NCBI GenBank assembly: GCA_040954595.2
Contig: CM082591.2
Location: forward strand, 4,573,957 to 4,637,956
Length of the DNA: 64,000 nucleotides
Direction of reading: 5' to 3'
Source: Balanoglossus misakiensis
Lineage: Eukaryota > Animalia > Hemichordata
Part shown: in pieces, positions 1-46,095 of the stretch
How positions within the stretch are numbered: the stretch's first letter is position 1
How the letters are laid out: every line of letters starts with the position of its first letter
Notes under the pieces: model-generated
Databases searched by the model: none
What the model was told of the DNA's origin: nothing
The model's input: the letters and a program-made list of their open reading frames with translations, nothing else
Program-made: the position numbers and the translations under genes

Positions 1-3000
1 CCCTTTATAAATATGAACATCAAATATATTTTATACAAGCCTGTAAACCATGTTTTAGTTAGCTGTATACAAACATTTATTTACTTGATTATGTATTAAA
101 ACAAGGTGGCAAACCTTTACTCATATTCTTCACAAAACATTTCATATGAGCTAAAATATAAAAATGGAGTTTGTAAAGATATAATTTACTTTGAATTTAT
201 TTCTGAAAATTATACCCTGAGGTGAATTCAACTGACTAGAAGAAAAAGATGGCAAAATTGTATTACATCTTCACCACCATATGCATGATTATGACGTGTT
301 GGTTGCACATTCAGTATCTTGCCCAGTATGTGTTAGACTACTAACGTAACACACTGGCTTCCACGGCTCAGACTGTGAACACTTCACAAGCTGTCAACGC
401 CAGTTGACTTTTCAATTAGGCTGGAGAGAGATTGTCAACCTATCAGGGCTGCCTTTATGGCCCATTGATGGTTTTGAGGGGATGTTTCCTGCAGACTTTT
501 TGAACTGCCAACCCCCACGGTCAGATGTGTGTACTGGCCCAGTTGAGTACAAGTACTGGTACTTTATGTCTCAACAACATGTTAATGAACTTATGGATAA
601 CAATCCTGCAACTAGACATATGGCAGTGTGGACTGGTTTAATGTTACACCGAATGGTTTTCCAGTTGAGATTTTTCAACATAGATACAGGTAAATAAATG
701 TACTGTAATGAAAAAGATGAAAGGTGAATAGTTGTGACATTGGAAATAGTTTTACAATGTGGCATGGAAAATGAAGATTTCAATTAGTCAGTTTTGCACC
801 CAGGAAGGTGCTTAATTATTGCTCCCCTTAACTTTTTGCAAATTGTGTGTAGTGTTGTGTTCAGACACTCTGGCCAATTTTAAATTCCCACTACATTCGC
901 AAACTGTGTGTTGTTGTTTGCTGCTAACTCAATTTGTCAAGTTTACACCTATGTAGAAGATTCCGTAGGTCAACTCTAGCAGGCAAGACTGCTGCTCCAG
1001 AGGGAAATTTGCTACGGGTTGGGTTTTGAGAATTCCAGTGTTACATCACTTTCTGATTGCCTTGCGAGTCCCAAACCTGTCAACATCTCGACCTCTTAGC
1101 ATTTACCTTCTGGGGCACTTGATGGGGGAGATAAACAGTGTTTCTTAAAGAAAACCACCTTCCAGGTGACACAGAGTTCTTTGGATGAAGGTATTGTGGC
1201 CCACTATTGGTATCCTGTGCTATTTAGACACATATCCACAAGCTGCCACTTTGATTAACACTGCAATATTACACATTGTTGTATATCATTTGTTACATAT
1301 GGAGTGAGACTGCTCTAACTTTTCAATACCTGGCATTGTAGTTTTGCCTTTTCACCTTATGTAGATTTATCTTTCTTTCATGGATTTTACCATGTGATGT
1401 ATTCATCGTCATTTGTCTGCACCATCTGTCTGTCGTGGCAATTTATTCGTTCTGTCCAGATACATCCCTACAGGATCTTTTAGGTGATAAACGTCCACGC
1501 CACAGCGTCAGATTTTACTCATTTTCAACTTAATCAGAATGTTCGCCAGATGTCACGTCTCATGAGAATAGTTCATTTTAGTCAACCTGTTCATCCTGCC
1601 CACTAGCCTCTTTGGAGGTTGTTAGTCGAGTTATGAGAAACATGATAACATCAGGACTAACTTGCATTTCCTATCACCAAGTCTGGGTTTTTATCCAGCC
1701 TTTCCCACAATGTCTTAGCCAGGTGTGTGTGTGTGTTTTTCTTGTGTTGACATCTTCATCCTGTCCGGACACATTCCCCACAAGTTTCTGCTACACCTTC
1801 CGATAAGTTATTTCCCATGTGATTCTAAATGAAGATGGCTGTGTGCCATATATTCAGTTTAATCAGACTTAAAGCAGGCAACTTCACAGGAATACCTTAT
1901 CATCAACTTTTTAATTGTCCTGTACTCCCAAAGTGACCAAATTGTCATTGAAAAGTAGATGGTGCAAGTTGCGAATGGACAAACGTCTGATCTATCGTAC
2001 TGATGGAGTGACAGCTATAAACTAAAAAACTTGCATGTGCATTCTAGCCAATCCGAATCTTCTTACTATAAAAGTTACCTACCTAATCCAACTAAAATTG
2101 ATACTCAGCCAGTGATTGGATCAGATCAGTACATTACAACTGTCGTACTTCTATGATTGAAGAAAATGACGCAGAGACTCATAGTTATCATAATAATCAT
2201 AACACTGGGTATCTCACCCTTTGAAAATAACATTTTCTGTTATCAAATGTGTATGTGATTTTTATCAACCTTGATGTGTTTAGTACTTCAGAGTATTACA
2301 GTATCCTTAACTAAAACGACCTTTTGCAATTTGAACTGTCAGATCTCATCTTCTGTAAGCCTTTACGGGTTTCCGCTGATAAATATTAATTTGACAGCAA
2401 GTAGAGTCTACTTTCTTCTCGTCAAAAGCAGAAACAGCCTTTTTAGAACATTCACGATGTTTTACCAAATGGGTTTATGGAATTAAGATTTGTAAACAAC
2501 CAGTAAGGCCACGATATTGAATATTCACAGGTTTCATTATTCCATGTTAAATTGTTTGACCCTTGAGAAAAAACCACTTGATCTTGCTCTTAAGTTACAG
2601 TTGCCGTTTGCCAATTATTTATGGAGGCAATGCCAGTTTATCCTATTTTACAGTGTTTACCAGTGCAATGTCTACGTCATTGCTGATTACAATTGATCTT
2701 TAAAGCCATATCATAAATTGTACATTATTCTGGAGTGACACGGTCAAAATTAAGGTAAACGATACAATTGATAGTACAAAAATATTGAACAAGAGTTATG
2801 GTAAATCGTCAGTGCTGGGGTGGACGTACAAGCCATGAAGGCAAATTGCAATAGTTAGATTCGTTATATTGATAAATAAAAATTCAGTTGGAAGAAGAAA
2901 ATTTCAATTAGGGTTGAATTGAATCATATTGACTAGAGGAATTTCTTCCCACAGGAAGTTGCAACATATTTCAGACAGTTGCTTCTTGGAAACATTTAAA

Positions 3001-6000
3001 CCCATAGAAATTTCCCAGTATTCAGCTTTTGTAAGACTTCAGACAACCAACAACCAAAGTTCAAAAAGCGATATTCAGAAAGTCTGCGTGGTATTGTAGC
3101 TTTACTTAACCCAAGAAAGTCCTCCATGAATAGACCCCTACAAAGCTGCACATGAAATTCTATATTTGCTCTTGGTGGAAAAAATTATTTCTCATCACAG
3201 CCTGCTTCGGAAATTAAATTCACACACAGCAGCCATAATCTGTCCGCCTTAATGAATCTCAAAACTAAGTCTGTAGTCAGTCCGAATGAGCAAATGAGAA
3301 AAGTAATCTTTTGTAGGGCTGCTGTTATTAAGAAACCTTTTGTCAAATATGCCAACTCTTGTTAAAGTAAAGGAATTCCAGGAAAGAATGGAGAAACATG
3401 AAAAATGTTGACAAATTATTTTTCAATAAACTTTGAACCATTCATTTTCCCTTTTCTTTCAGAGTAGGGTATGGTTGAAATGAAACAAATATTTTGTGTA
3501 ATTTTTATTTCTGAGAATTTCATTCATGTGTTGTATATGACGGTATTTCTGACAAGAAATCAATCATGGCATCTCTGAGATGTATGGAAATTAGGGAGAA
3601 TATGTCAGAGAGGACACAATTATTTAAGTTTTCTTTTTAAAAAATCTGTGTTGATAGTTTGAAGTTTATGAAGTGTAATAACACGGAAATGCGAGCAGAT
3701 AAAATTGCATTCTTATCATCGTACATAGAAGTCTGAATCGGTGTCTGGCTACAGGTTGTTCGATTTAGCTAAACTGCATTCTGCTCTTTCATACTTTGTC
3801 TGAAAATCTTTCAATATTTAGGTAAATATCATTTATGTATGTGTCTGGTGAAATGTTCAATAGGATGGGTTGTTGTTCAATTGAATCTTGCGTGCAGACT
3901 AAGTCTGGAACACGACTTTTGCATTTGCTGCCGAGTTAGCCGAAACCCACTTTCTGCCAAGTTTTTTTGTTCAGAAACTATAAAAGTAAAATCTATGTAA
4001 ACGGTTAATGCACTCTTCAAACACTTGATTGGCTGAACGTTTGAAAATTGCTGTGTTCCGCGACAGGCATTATCTCTCAGGCGAATGGTAAATTACTAAA
4101 TGCAGTTCATCGTCTTTTATGAAGTGATCAAACGACTGAGATTTTGTGGACTTAATTTGTGTATTATTATGGGAAAATGCTGTAAACAACCTGGCTGATA
4201 CTATTATGAACATATTCAGTTTATCATGAGGCTTTCTAGATGACCAGCAGGGGAAATTATGAGTGCTAAAATTTGAAATGTGGAACATGTGGTTTTCTGA
4301 GAACTAAGACACGGCCTGCGTGACAGAAAACGATTATTGCTTTTGAAAGCAAACCCGGTAGTCAGTAGTGAAATGATCAAGGAAATGGATGTTATGCTCA
4401 ACTGGTGTCTGTAGTTGAAACTACCCAAGTGTGGCAGCTATGACAAGCAACCCCAGCCAACTGTCTGACATGGCACTGTTGCAGAGTTTTCAGAGCCTCG
4501 TTGACGCAAACTCCTGCGAATTTCACACATTTCTGACCATAGTTACGCAAAGATAATGATGGACACATACACCAGTACGCATGGACTTTAGCCACTGGAG
4601 GTATGCAAATTATATTGAGCAAGGCCTGCAAGCTAAAAAAACAAAATACATGACCTACAGGTGACCTGGACATGCACTTAACTTTGCAACATTTACACAC
4701 AAAAATGTTGCAATTTTCACTTAGGCAACATGACAGATAAGACTTTGTAACAATATAGCGGTGTCCTATTACAGGCTTTCAATTGCCTCTGCAATTTTAG
4801 TTCATTTTATGCAAAGTAAATTTTGAATGCTGCTGACACTATTCATCCAAACCATCAAATCCTAGTGCAGAATATGTGATCCCCTAGCACGGTGCCAATC
4901 AATAAACTCCCCAGCCCTGGTCTCTTGAAACATTCTCAGACGTGAAAAACGAGCTGCAAAAAACTACTCCGTGCATCCTCGAAGTTATCAAATACTTCAG
5001 TTGATGTCATAAAACTTTCGTCAATATCATTCACCACATCCGCAGACAAGTGAAGGATGTCTTTCTTTATTGTGCAAGTTGAGTGTTTACGTCTGAAAAG
5101 GGGATGTAGATCTTCCCAAAGCCTGTTATTCTCGCACTCGGAAAGATGCCCCGTAATATTCACCACCCCAGACAGATTATGTTGGTTGTATTGCGTTTCA
5201 TTATTTATTAATTTCCTATCTGCAACCATATGTACAAAAGGTCATGTATATGCAATTTTCACGCGTACTTGTCTGTGTATAGCGGCTTCACAGGCCAGCG
5301 TTTCAAAACTTGAAAAGGAAATGATATGATTGTACAATCAAATATGCATTTTCAATTTTCAGTTTTTACTAGCTATATAAATAAAATATCTCGCTGTACA
5401 TTTCCGGTGTGTGAAGATAAATATTGTCATTGGAATTAAGTAATATTCCGGATAAAGGTGCTGAATTTTTTTTAATTATTATGTCATATGACTGGAAAAT
5501 GGTTAGTGCTCGGCCCGGACTTTTCATTCACCCTTTGAGGGGTCAGTGGCCGATCAGTGAACAGCATTATGGCCAGTGGATGACCTTTGTTACTGACCCA
5601 TCAGTACACCAATGTATAGGCTTGTATCATAGGTTAATTTTTTTCCTGATCCATGGACTTTACACTGTAGAAACTTTCAGTTATCCCAAACGTGTGCAAT
5701 CATAAACAGACACTATTAGGGATATGACTTTGAAATCTAATATTCGCAGAACATTATTCCTGATGTTACTCACTTCAATATTCAAAAGGAAAATACTGTT
5801 TACGAATTCAGATTTTGAAAGTCCTTGTACTGAGTGTTCAAAATAACTCTCTGTTGTACATGTATGTGTCCGTCAAATATAGAACAGCTTGCTCAGCATA
5901 TTGTCGGAGCCACTTTTCAATGTGTCCATGTTATTAATGGCACAGTTTTTCATTTCCTATGTGTCTGACTTTAATACGGCCTTTATTAGGTTTGTGAATC

Positions 6001-9000
6001 ATTACGCTTTGAACTTCACATCGTGTACATCCTCAATAGTTGTTAATCTACATTTCGTTTCAGTCATCGCTGTCATTTAATGGTCTTTCAATTTTTCTGT
6101 GTCTAGTACTTTGATGCGCCCCAATTCACAGTGGATGTTCTCCATTTGGAAACACGACTACTTGCAACATCCGTAACAGTTTCCTGTTTTTTTGCGTTAA
6201 TATTCAATGTTCTTTTTGAGGCATACTATACGACTAAACTGATGGTAATTCAGAAAAGGAGGAATATGTACATCATTAAGGAATATGAAATATTTATTAT
6301 CTCCAGAACTGTGCTTGTTGATAATAGCATCTGAATGGATAGACTTCTGAACATTGACTTCACACATGCCTATTATTGGGTCATGGTTTCTGTGAAGGTT
6401 GTCATGGTGAGAGTTGGAGTCAGTTTACGTAGCAACATAAGGACTGTACCATAGCAACACTTGCTAGGGAAGATGGCCCGTATTTTATTTAAAAAAATAT
6501 TGCAAAATTTATGTTACTTTAAATTTACCAGTACAAATCCAAAAACTGATGACTTACAAATGAAACTGATGAGTGTCATTTGAAAGAAAGCTTTGAACAT
6601 ATTTCAGATTTGTTAGGTTATTTTTCATGAAACTTCAAGTTCTCAATTTGCGAATATAATGACGGTTTTTGGAAGAAATCGCCTTGATGCTCAAGATTGC
6701 AGCTGACTTCCATGAACATAGGCCGTCATGCTGTTTTGGCAAAAAAAGGCAGTGATTGCCGTCAGTGGGAGACTCGGTCTAACTCCAGTCCTCGCGCACC
6801 AAAACAGGGAATTATACTTGTCAATTCCAGGTAATGGGATGGTCTTCTTGACAGTTAAATTGGGGCGAAATGGGTTAAAGTAATTATAGTAACAACTTTA
6901 TGTTTAAAGATAACTTGTGGAGCTACGTGACGGCTCCCAGTATGTCAGCGTAGTGCATTACAGGATATAAGATGAGTAAAACCACTCTGATTGCCAGAAA
7001 ATTGTTCAAATGGCCTGTGATCTAGAATATGCTTTGGCTGTTATCTTAAAAATAACTTTGACTTTATTAAATTTGTGTTTCGCGATATGCGTCATTGATG
7101 GATAATTTTACATCTTTAATGCGCTGCAATATGTTTGAAATTTCGTCATGCTAAGCCTAATGTATGTTGTTTACTTGTCTCTGCTGTGGTATATTACTGA
7201 TGGAGGTTATATTATCAAATGAGAATAAATCATTTATGAGAATAGTTTTTTTCTTTTTTACAAAGTATGACCTTAGCCATTGTTAGTAACTAATGCGTGA
7301 TTTCATGTGATGTTTCGTTTATTGAAATCTTTTCTTTTCATGGATTTTTAATACTCACATGTGTTTTGCGTGTTTGACCTTTAAATTTACCTGGTCGGAA
7401 TGTACCTATTGAAGTTTTCACACACAACAGCTGCAGTCTGATCAGTATGTTGCTTTCACGCTTTCTGTTAACAAACACTTGATAGCTAAGATTCCTGATA
7501 TTATAAAGATCACTTAATAAAGCAGGAAAATCTTCTGCGGATCAGTTGTGTGATAGTATAAGTTGAAATTCCAGAAAACTAGTTTTCTCTTTTGACAATA
7601 GATTCTGTTCCATTAAGAAAACATCTGGGCCTCAAACTTATTTCAAGGGAAAACATGCGAAAACTTTAATGGAACATTATTGAAAATTATTTCAGGTATA
7701 CACATACCAAAAGTGTATCTACGATACAGAATGTTTTGTGTGTCTTGAATAACTTTGCTGCAAGTTAAAAGCTTTTCTGAACTTCAGTGCTCTGCAACAA
7801 CAACTCAAACTGTTCGACCTAAATTTCATTATGTCTGTCTGTGAAACCCTTTTGATTCCGGGCTGTGACTGTTTATGATTTACGACGGAACATGAAAGGG
7901 TTTTGTGATTTTTCATGCCGTTGGCAGTGTTTACTCTGGCAATCGGTCCCGTCGGGAATATCATTTAATTCCGGGACAAGTGTAATTGTGGTAATGTATG
8001 AGGAGATTTTTATTCCGGAATAATACTTACCTGTACAATACAGGGATCTTTTTTAAAGCTGTTATAAATACACATCCATCATGGCTACCGATATGGATGT
8101 AAATAAAGTGCTCTTAGAATTGCTCCAACATTCTTAATACTGTCGTGTATTGCTTAGCAATTGAATGTTCATTCGCGGCTTGGTCCTCGAAACGTCGTTT
8201 GTCAGTGAAAGTTTGCTTGTTAGGCAGACTAAATGCCAAACGGCACGTCGGTGGCATCAAAACCCAGATTTCACTCCTCCCTCCCTCAGTGTATGTTGCA
8301 CATTGATGTGTACTTGATATGGGCCTTTAAAAGTGGTAAACTGAGCTGGGGGAAGAAGTTGTCTTGCAGTCGACGACTTCAATTGCCAACTGTAAATGAT
8401 ATCGTTTCCTGTTTTGGTTTCGTAATTTGAGAGAGAATCTATCCTCCAATTACGATTATCTGACTATCTGTGACGATGTAAAAAATTGTTGACCACAGTG
8501 TAGCATCCATCTGGAAAATTGTAAATGTTTTTATAGGTTTTCTTTGAATCTTAGCGAACATATCCCCCCGAGTCAACAGTATTGAGGAACTGCCAATACC
8601 CTGGATGTCATAAACACACATATGCAACACCTAATACGTCATTACAGCTGCAGTTGTTAGGATGCTTAAAAATAGGCGAAATCTGATATATTTGAACGTT
8701 TGGTAATATCGGAGAGATTGTATCTCTCTTTGCCTGGGAAAAATGGAAATAAATTGATTTCCCGGTACCTGTCGGGTAACTGGAATGCATGTAGATGATG
8801 AGATGGGTCAGATATGTGATCCAACAGGTGCAAATGACACAAGATGGTTGAGGTGCTAACTTTTTTGCTGTTTACGACTCCTGTAAATCCCAATGGAATA
8901 GTCTGTCTCATTGTGGACTGAAAAGCAGGAGTTGTCTTGACATTGATTGTGGGGGGGGGGGGGGGGACCAGAGAGGAATTTAGAATATAAAACTGGTACT

Positions 9001-10811
9001 GTACATACTGATGTTCTTCTGTGGATTGCTAATATAAAAATTAACATTATTTTATAGTAATGTACAGGTGTTTCGAGTGCTATTAGACAGTGTGAGGTAT
9101 TCTGGTTTTTCTCAATGTTCACATCAGGAAACAGTATGTGATTTCGCAGTGGATAATAAAGGCTTGGAACAGAGATATGCAGAAGTCAACTACATCAATA
9201 ACATCTACAACCTCCCCACCCACGTATTTCTAGTCACTATTTGTAACGTAATCCCAAGATAACTGCTTGATTTCTTTTCAGTTCGTTTCCACGGTAATAG
9301 GTCTGCTAGAGCCGATTTCCTGTTCGGATTCTGATTGATGTGGGGCACTTCTCTTAGGATTTGTGTTGTAAGTCGTTTTTCAGATTCAGATTGGTGTCTT
9401 CAGAGCCGGATTTGTCTGCTGATGAGGGTTCTCACGCAGAGGGTGGTGGCTACTAAGTGTGATTCATAGGCCGGTGCAATAAACTTGATTCTGAAAATAT
9501 GGAGACAAACTTGACGCTGTCAAGTGGAAGAAATTGATCTCAATATGTCCCCCCTCGATCGGAGGTACAGCAGGATTTGAGTTATTTTTCCTGCCACGTT
9601 TGATAAATGCGGTGCAGTCTTTGTGGTCGGCCCGTCCCAGGGGGATTGCGCAGTGCACTTGATAGATTGTCATGGTGATGGTCACCATGGCTACACGTTT
9701 GATGTCAGCGAGTCAGGTGTGGTTTCTGTCCTGTCCAGACAGTGATGCCAAGTCGTCACTTGAAACGTTGGTTTGAAAGTGGCTGTATGTGGCTCATGTG
9801 ACATCATCAGGGCCATGTGGAAAAAAAATCATTTCTTTTAATCAGATACTGAAAACTCTGTGTGTGATTGATTTGTTTTGATTGTGCGTGTGAGAATAAG
9901 TTTGAAACCATTATGAGAGCAAGGTGCGAAAATGTGTGGTAATTGTGTACATGTACTTATAAGCAACTTGTTTATGGTCTGCAAGAGTAATGTATACTGT
10001 GATGTTTCTATGTGTATGCTAACATATTTTGGTTGTGAATTTACCAGACATAGTATTATTCTATGCTATGATACATGTGTATAAATCTACTGAAATACAA
10101 TGATTTCGAATACTTGCAAAAAATACAAAACATGTGATGAATCCTTTTGTATCTTGAACCCTGATAACCCGTGACCTACTTATCACTAAACGTGGTGTAA
10201 AAGGGGAAATCTTAACTGAACGGAACATCCAAGTGTGTTTGAAAAATCACAGTGCAAATGTTTAAGCATATAGAGAATTACCTGATTTGCCTATAGTTGA
10301 ATTCGAAATTGCCATCAAACCTCACTCATCAGGATAAAAAATTGACCTCGAAAATGAGGATGATGACATGATTTCATATGAAGATCTCAAAATTAGTCTT
10401 TCCAAGCCATAATAAAGAGAATAATTGGAGCAATTTGCGTGTGACTTGCATGCAGCCTTACAACTAAACCTCGCTTATATGTTTAATGGTACAAAGTCAC
10501 TCGCTTTTGACATTTCAGTTTCTTTTAAAAATAAACGGTTTATGTGGTTTTGTTCACTGAAACAGGGTCAGTCACTGGTCGTTATAACTCAACTTGTACT
10601 CTGTACATGCGCACATGTGAATACGATTTCCACACAATAGGCCATATTCTGAACTCCATGAGACACTGCGGTGTCCCTTTAATAGATGAAGTGCACTTGT
10701 ACTTTAGGACATTCATAATACATGTATTATGTTTGTTGCAGTACTTTCATGTTACGTATAATTATCATTTTATCTCATGGTTGTTCTGTTTGTGTTTTCT
10801 TACCTCCACAG

Positions 10812-42295
<31,484 letters not shown>

Positions 42296-44445
42296 TAATA
42301 ATTGACTTGTGACCTCAGGTATTTGACCTCTGATCTTTTGGACAGATGTCCATCTTTAAGATGTGTCTATGACAAGTCCAAAATATTTTATACATTTATT
42401 TACTACATTGGTGATGATCTGATTTGCCAGTCAAAACACACAGGCTGTCATTGGAATTATTATATATGCACCTCATGGACAAAACACAGAAAAAACTGGT
42501 GTTCACCATCTTGCTTTCGTACAAGTCACTACTTTTGTACAAGTCACTATTATTTTTCTTTGTAGCGTCAACAAAGGATAGGCGGCCATTTTGAATTTCA
42601 AATGTTCTAATCATCGTTTCTCTCTCTCGTCCCCTTAGGTTCAACCAGGAATTAATTTAGAAATGGTGACTTTTAATATATCCACAATCAAGATACAACC
42701 TTCTAAGAATATGCAGAGAATCAAATGAATAAATTTTGGAAAAAGAAATATTAGGTCTGAAGTCCATGGCAGCTGCATGCAGTCTACTCCCAAGGCCTTA
42801 CCGCCCCCATAGATAAATCGAGGAGGCCACTGGTGGACTGAACCATTACAGAGGCGGGGGTGCCAGTGTCTTGAAACAGTCTATTTACTGTTTGTTCGAC
42901 TGAAGCGAAAAATCTTTATTATTTTTTTATAATTCTGTGTTCTATCTGGTCGTCGACTATTTATTTAGAATCAGTGCACACAGATATTATATCCTGAGTC
43001 AAAATTCCTTCTCTTTCTGTCGGTTTTGTTGTTTTGTGTTGTAAATTGAAAGAAACCTTCCTGAAGTAGGATGATATCAAAAGTGAATTTTAAATAGACT
43101 CAAAATTATTGATCTTGTGTACTTCATTTTGTGTTTAGTTCATTTTTTGTTGGGCTTTGTTAATTATTATTTTAGTTTTATTACGTTTAGTGTCACACGC
43201 CTCCTTCAGTCATTTTCAGTTGATTGGTGCTGCTCTCACAAAAAAGCATAAAATTATAAAAGTTATGGACCAATTGTATACAGCCTTTCATCTCATAAAT
43301 GCATGTTGAGTTTGCTGATTTGGAACAGCCACATTCATTGGCGGCTGAAAGGTAATGACTCGTAGACAAGCAGACCGGTTTGATCTGGTTTGATTTTCAT
43401 TCAGTCATGCCGCATATTTATCATCTTTTCTGTGTACCATGAAGAAAAGAAATCTTAAAACTGATGGTAAGTTGGGAAAAATTTGTAATTTTTGTTTATG
43501 GGTACATACATCGCAAAGAATTCAAGACCTCCTTCATGATTATCACTGGAGAATTGAAGCATCATATTTTGAAAAAGCATGATAAGCAGAAACCATGGTG
43601 ATGGCACTGGTATGCAACATTTCAGCAAACCTTTCAGTGGCTGTACTATCATTCCAGCCGAAATTTTGACGATATTTTTGAGGCATTAAATGAATCTAAT
43701 ATGTAAATATATCTTTTTTTTTTACTTTCCTGTTATAGTTAACTAATTACTTTGCTTCGCGTTGACATATTTTTGCTTTCAGATTTCTTTTTCAAAATGG
43801 CCTCAGACTAGATGTCTCTTGTGGTACTGCTTGTCTATAAAGTTGTAACATATAGCACTCAGGCACATAAACTTGTTTTGTCATTTACCGTACGTTCACC
43901 CTTTCACTACCATACACTCTTCCCTCCAAAATAATCAGATTTTTTTCACATTTCTTGAAAAAATTGTCAATATTCAAGCAACTTTTTCAGTTTTCTGCCG
44001 ACTTTAATACGTACCTTTCTGCAGTCTTTGACCAAAAATTATGGTTCATGTTTATAATTCTCTGTTCTGTGGTGATGAAAGGAGTGAACACTGATGTATT
44101 TTTTTCGATTTCAAAACTGCCCCCTTGTACAGGAACATAATATGGTTTGCTGATGTACCTCAGTAGTGTATACATACTAGTCTTGCCTTATTTATAAGCA
44201 ATGCAAAAAAATGTCTGTGTGTTGGAACTAACAACTCAAATAAGGTTTCATTTGTTTAGTCCTCTAAGCCGAAAATATGTAGATGGTAATACTTGTGTAA
44301 AAAATATGATGTGAGGCTTCAATTCTATGCATTTAGAGATGTAACACCAGTTTCCTACTTTTTTTTGTTTCACCACAAAAAATCACACATCAGTGCCTCT
44401 TTGTTTATGGAAAGAAACAACAAACATCACCATGCTTTTGAATGA

Positions 44446-44619
44446 CCATATTAGGGCATTCTAAATCCTTATCCAGCCACCAGTATCATGTTGGTGACCA
44501 TATATGGACAGTGGAGGTCCTTATATGGTATAGTTCCGCCATATTGGTTTGCCTGACCTTATATGGATAATGGGAGGCCGTCTATGCTAATACTCTTGCA
44601 CATTATTGACCATATTAGG
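44446..44619. promoter_or_regulatory. Cluster of five perfect CArG boxes (SRF/MADS sites)
   Basis: CC(A/T)6GG at 44446 CCATATTAGG, 44498 CCATATATGG, 44519 CCTTATATGG, 44557 CCTTATATGG, 44610 CCATATTAGG. Confidence 0.6.
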
Positions 44620-45533
44620 AAGCGAAATTTATGTACATGTGGTGCTCCCAAATAATGCTACATAGGGCAAAAATTATAGACTTTTGTTTCTTCATATTCA
44701 TGTAAATAATATTGAATGAACTTCATAGAAATATATTAGAAATGCACAAAATAAAAGTGCCAAATGTACCAAGTCGTAGCAAATATGTAAATACTGATTG
44801 TTGTTTCTTTCCTCAATTTACCGTCGCTTAGGGTTAAAGGTCAAAGGTCAAATCGTTTAAAAAAAATTAAAATGCCAAGTTTCTCCTACTGTTTGTTATA
44901 ATGTACTTATGGAACTATTTTTCAAAGCAATAAGAGTGATTGTGAGGATGAAGTAGGGAAAATCTCAAAAAAGGGAGATTTTCACCCTCTTAATGATGCT
45001 TTATTCCCCGTCTGGTACTCGCGTGTGGTATTTTCCTTTACGATATTGGAGCAAACCACTTTTATTCAGGGAGGTGTGGAGGATTATGCTAAGTGAAAGA
45101 ATGTGCTATAACGTGGCTTGCATCCACAAATTTTACACAAATCTAGAATTATTAGGTTATGTTCATCCACCATGACTTTAGGATAACTGTTGTGCAGATT
45201 TGTCGTTCTGCATTTTCTTTTCCAGATATGTATTCCCCATTAAATTTCAAAATTTGTAATATTTATATATGTATCGACTTTGTCATCTCCCTGTTTGCTG
45301 TAATTGCCTAGTCAGGAGGGAAGACTATCTGTGATGGTCGACATTTGCCTTTGCCACTTTTTTGTGAACATTGGAAAATATCACAGGTATTTTTCGACGT
45401 GTGTGATTTGCATATTCATAACGTTTATGAATACATTAGCAAGTGGACCGAAGAGATGCAGCTGACTTGAACAATGTGCTGTTTAAATATGCATTTTAGG
45501 TCAAGGTCGCCTTTGCAAGAGAATGCAGAAATG

Positions 45534-45642
45534 CCTTATAAGGACGCTAATTTGCATTTGTCATGACCATATAAGGGTGGTGGATGAGTGACGTAATTTG
45601 CATAAGGAAAAGAAGACCTTGCAGATTGGATTGGACGTCATA
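45534..45642. promoter_or_regulatory. Second motif cluster: 2 CArG, 2 octamer, CRE-like and CCAAT motifs
   Basis: CCTTATAAGG 45534, CCATATAAGG 45567, ATTTGCAT 45550 and 45596, TGACGTAA ~45589, GATTGG x2, GACGTCA ~45634. Confidence 0.45.
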
Positions 45643-46089
45643 AATTATGGTGATTGGGTGACTCCAAAATTTTGATCGGAAAGACAACATGAGCGTGAAA
45701 AAGACTATTTCCAAATATTCCTTTTGATACAAAAAAAATTACACTCTTTTCGGGAACTCAAAATAAATCCCACGAGAGTGCCTCTTAGCATTCAGTGTAA
45801 TATGTGTACAGTATACTAGGCCCTGATGGATTAATGTACCTCATAATTTACTTTGTCGATTTTTTTATTAATCTATAAGGACCTGGATTCGACATTTCCA
45901 ACTTTGATACTGCTGACATCACACGCCAACTCACGTTCCTGCTCAGTGTCGATCAGTGATAATATCAGTCGTATTATTCCATAGCTGAGATTTTTTTCGT
46001 AGTGATTGAAGAGAAACTCCTGTGATATAAATTATTTCCAAGATATGACGGACAGGTTTCTACATGTAATAATAACCCGACAAAACACA

Positions 46090-46095
46090 AATAAA
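46090..46095 (+). terminator. Candidate distal polyadenylation signal of liprin-alpha (3'UTR up to ~3.8 kb)
   Basis: AATAAA followed by T-rich sequence; other AATAAA hexamers at ~42729, ~44750 and ~45762. Confidence 0.35.

Noticed and set aside
4936-5229. 97-aa minus-strand ORF with protein-like composition
   Set aside because: No recognisable motif or supporting exon structure; length is within chance expectation.
6829-6836. Second AG|GT juxtaposition (ttccag|gtaatg) in the upstream intron
   Set aside because: Short pyrimidine tract and adjacent to a MITE-like end; plausible by chance.
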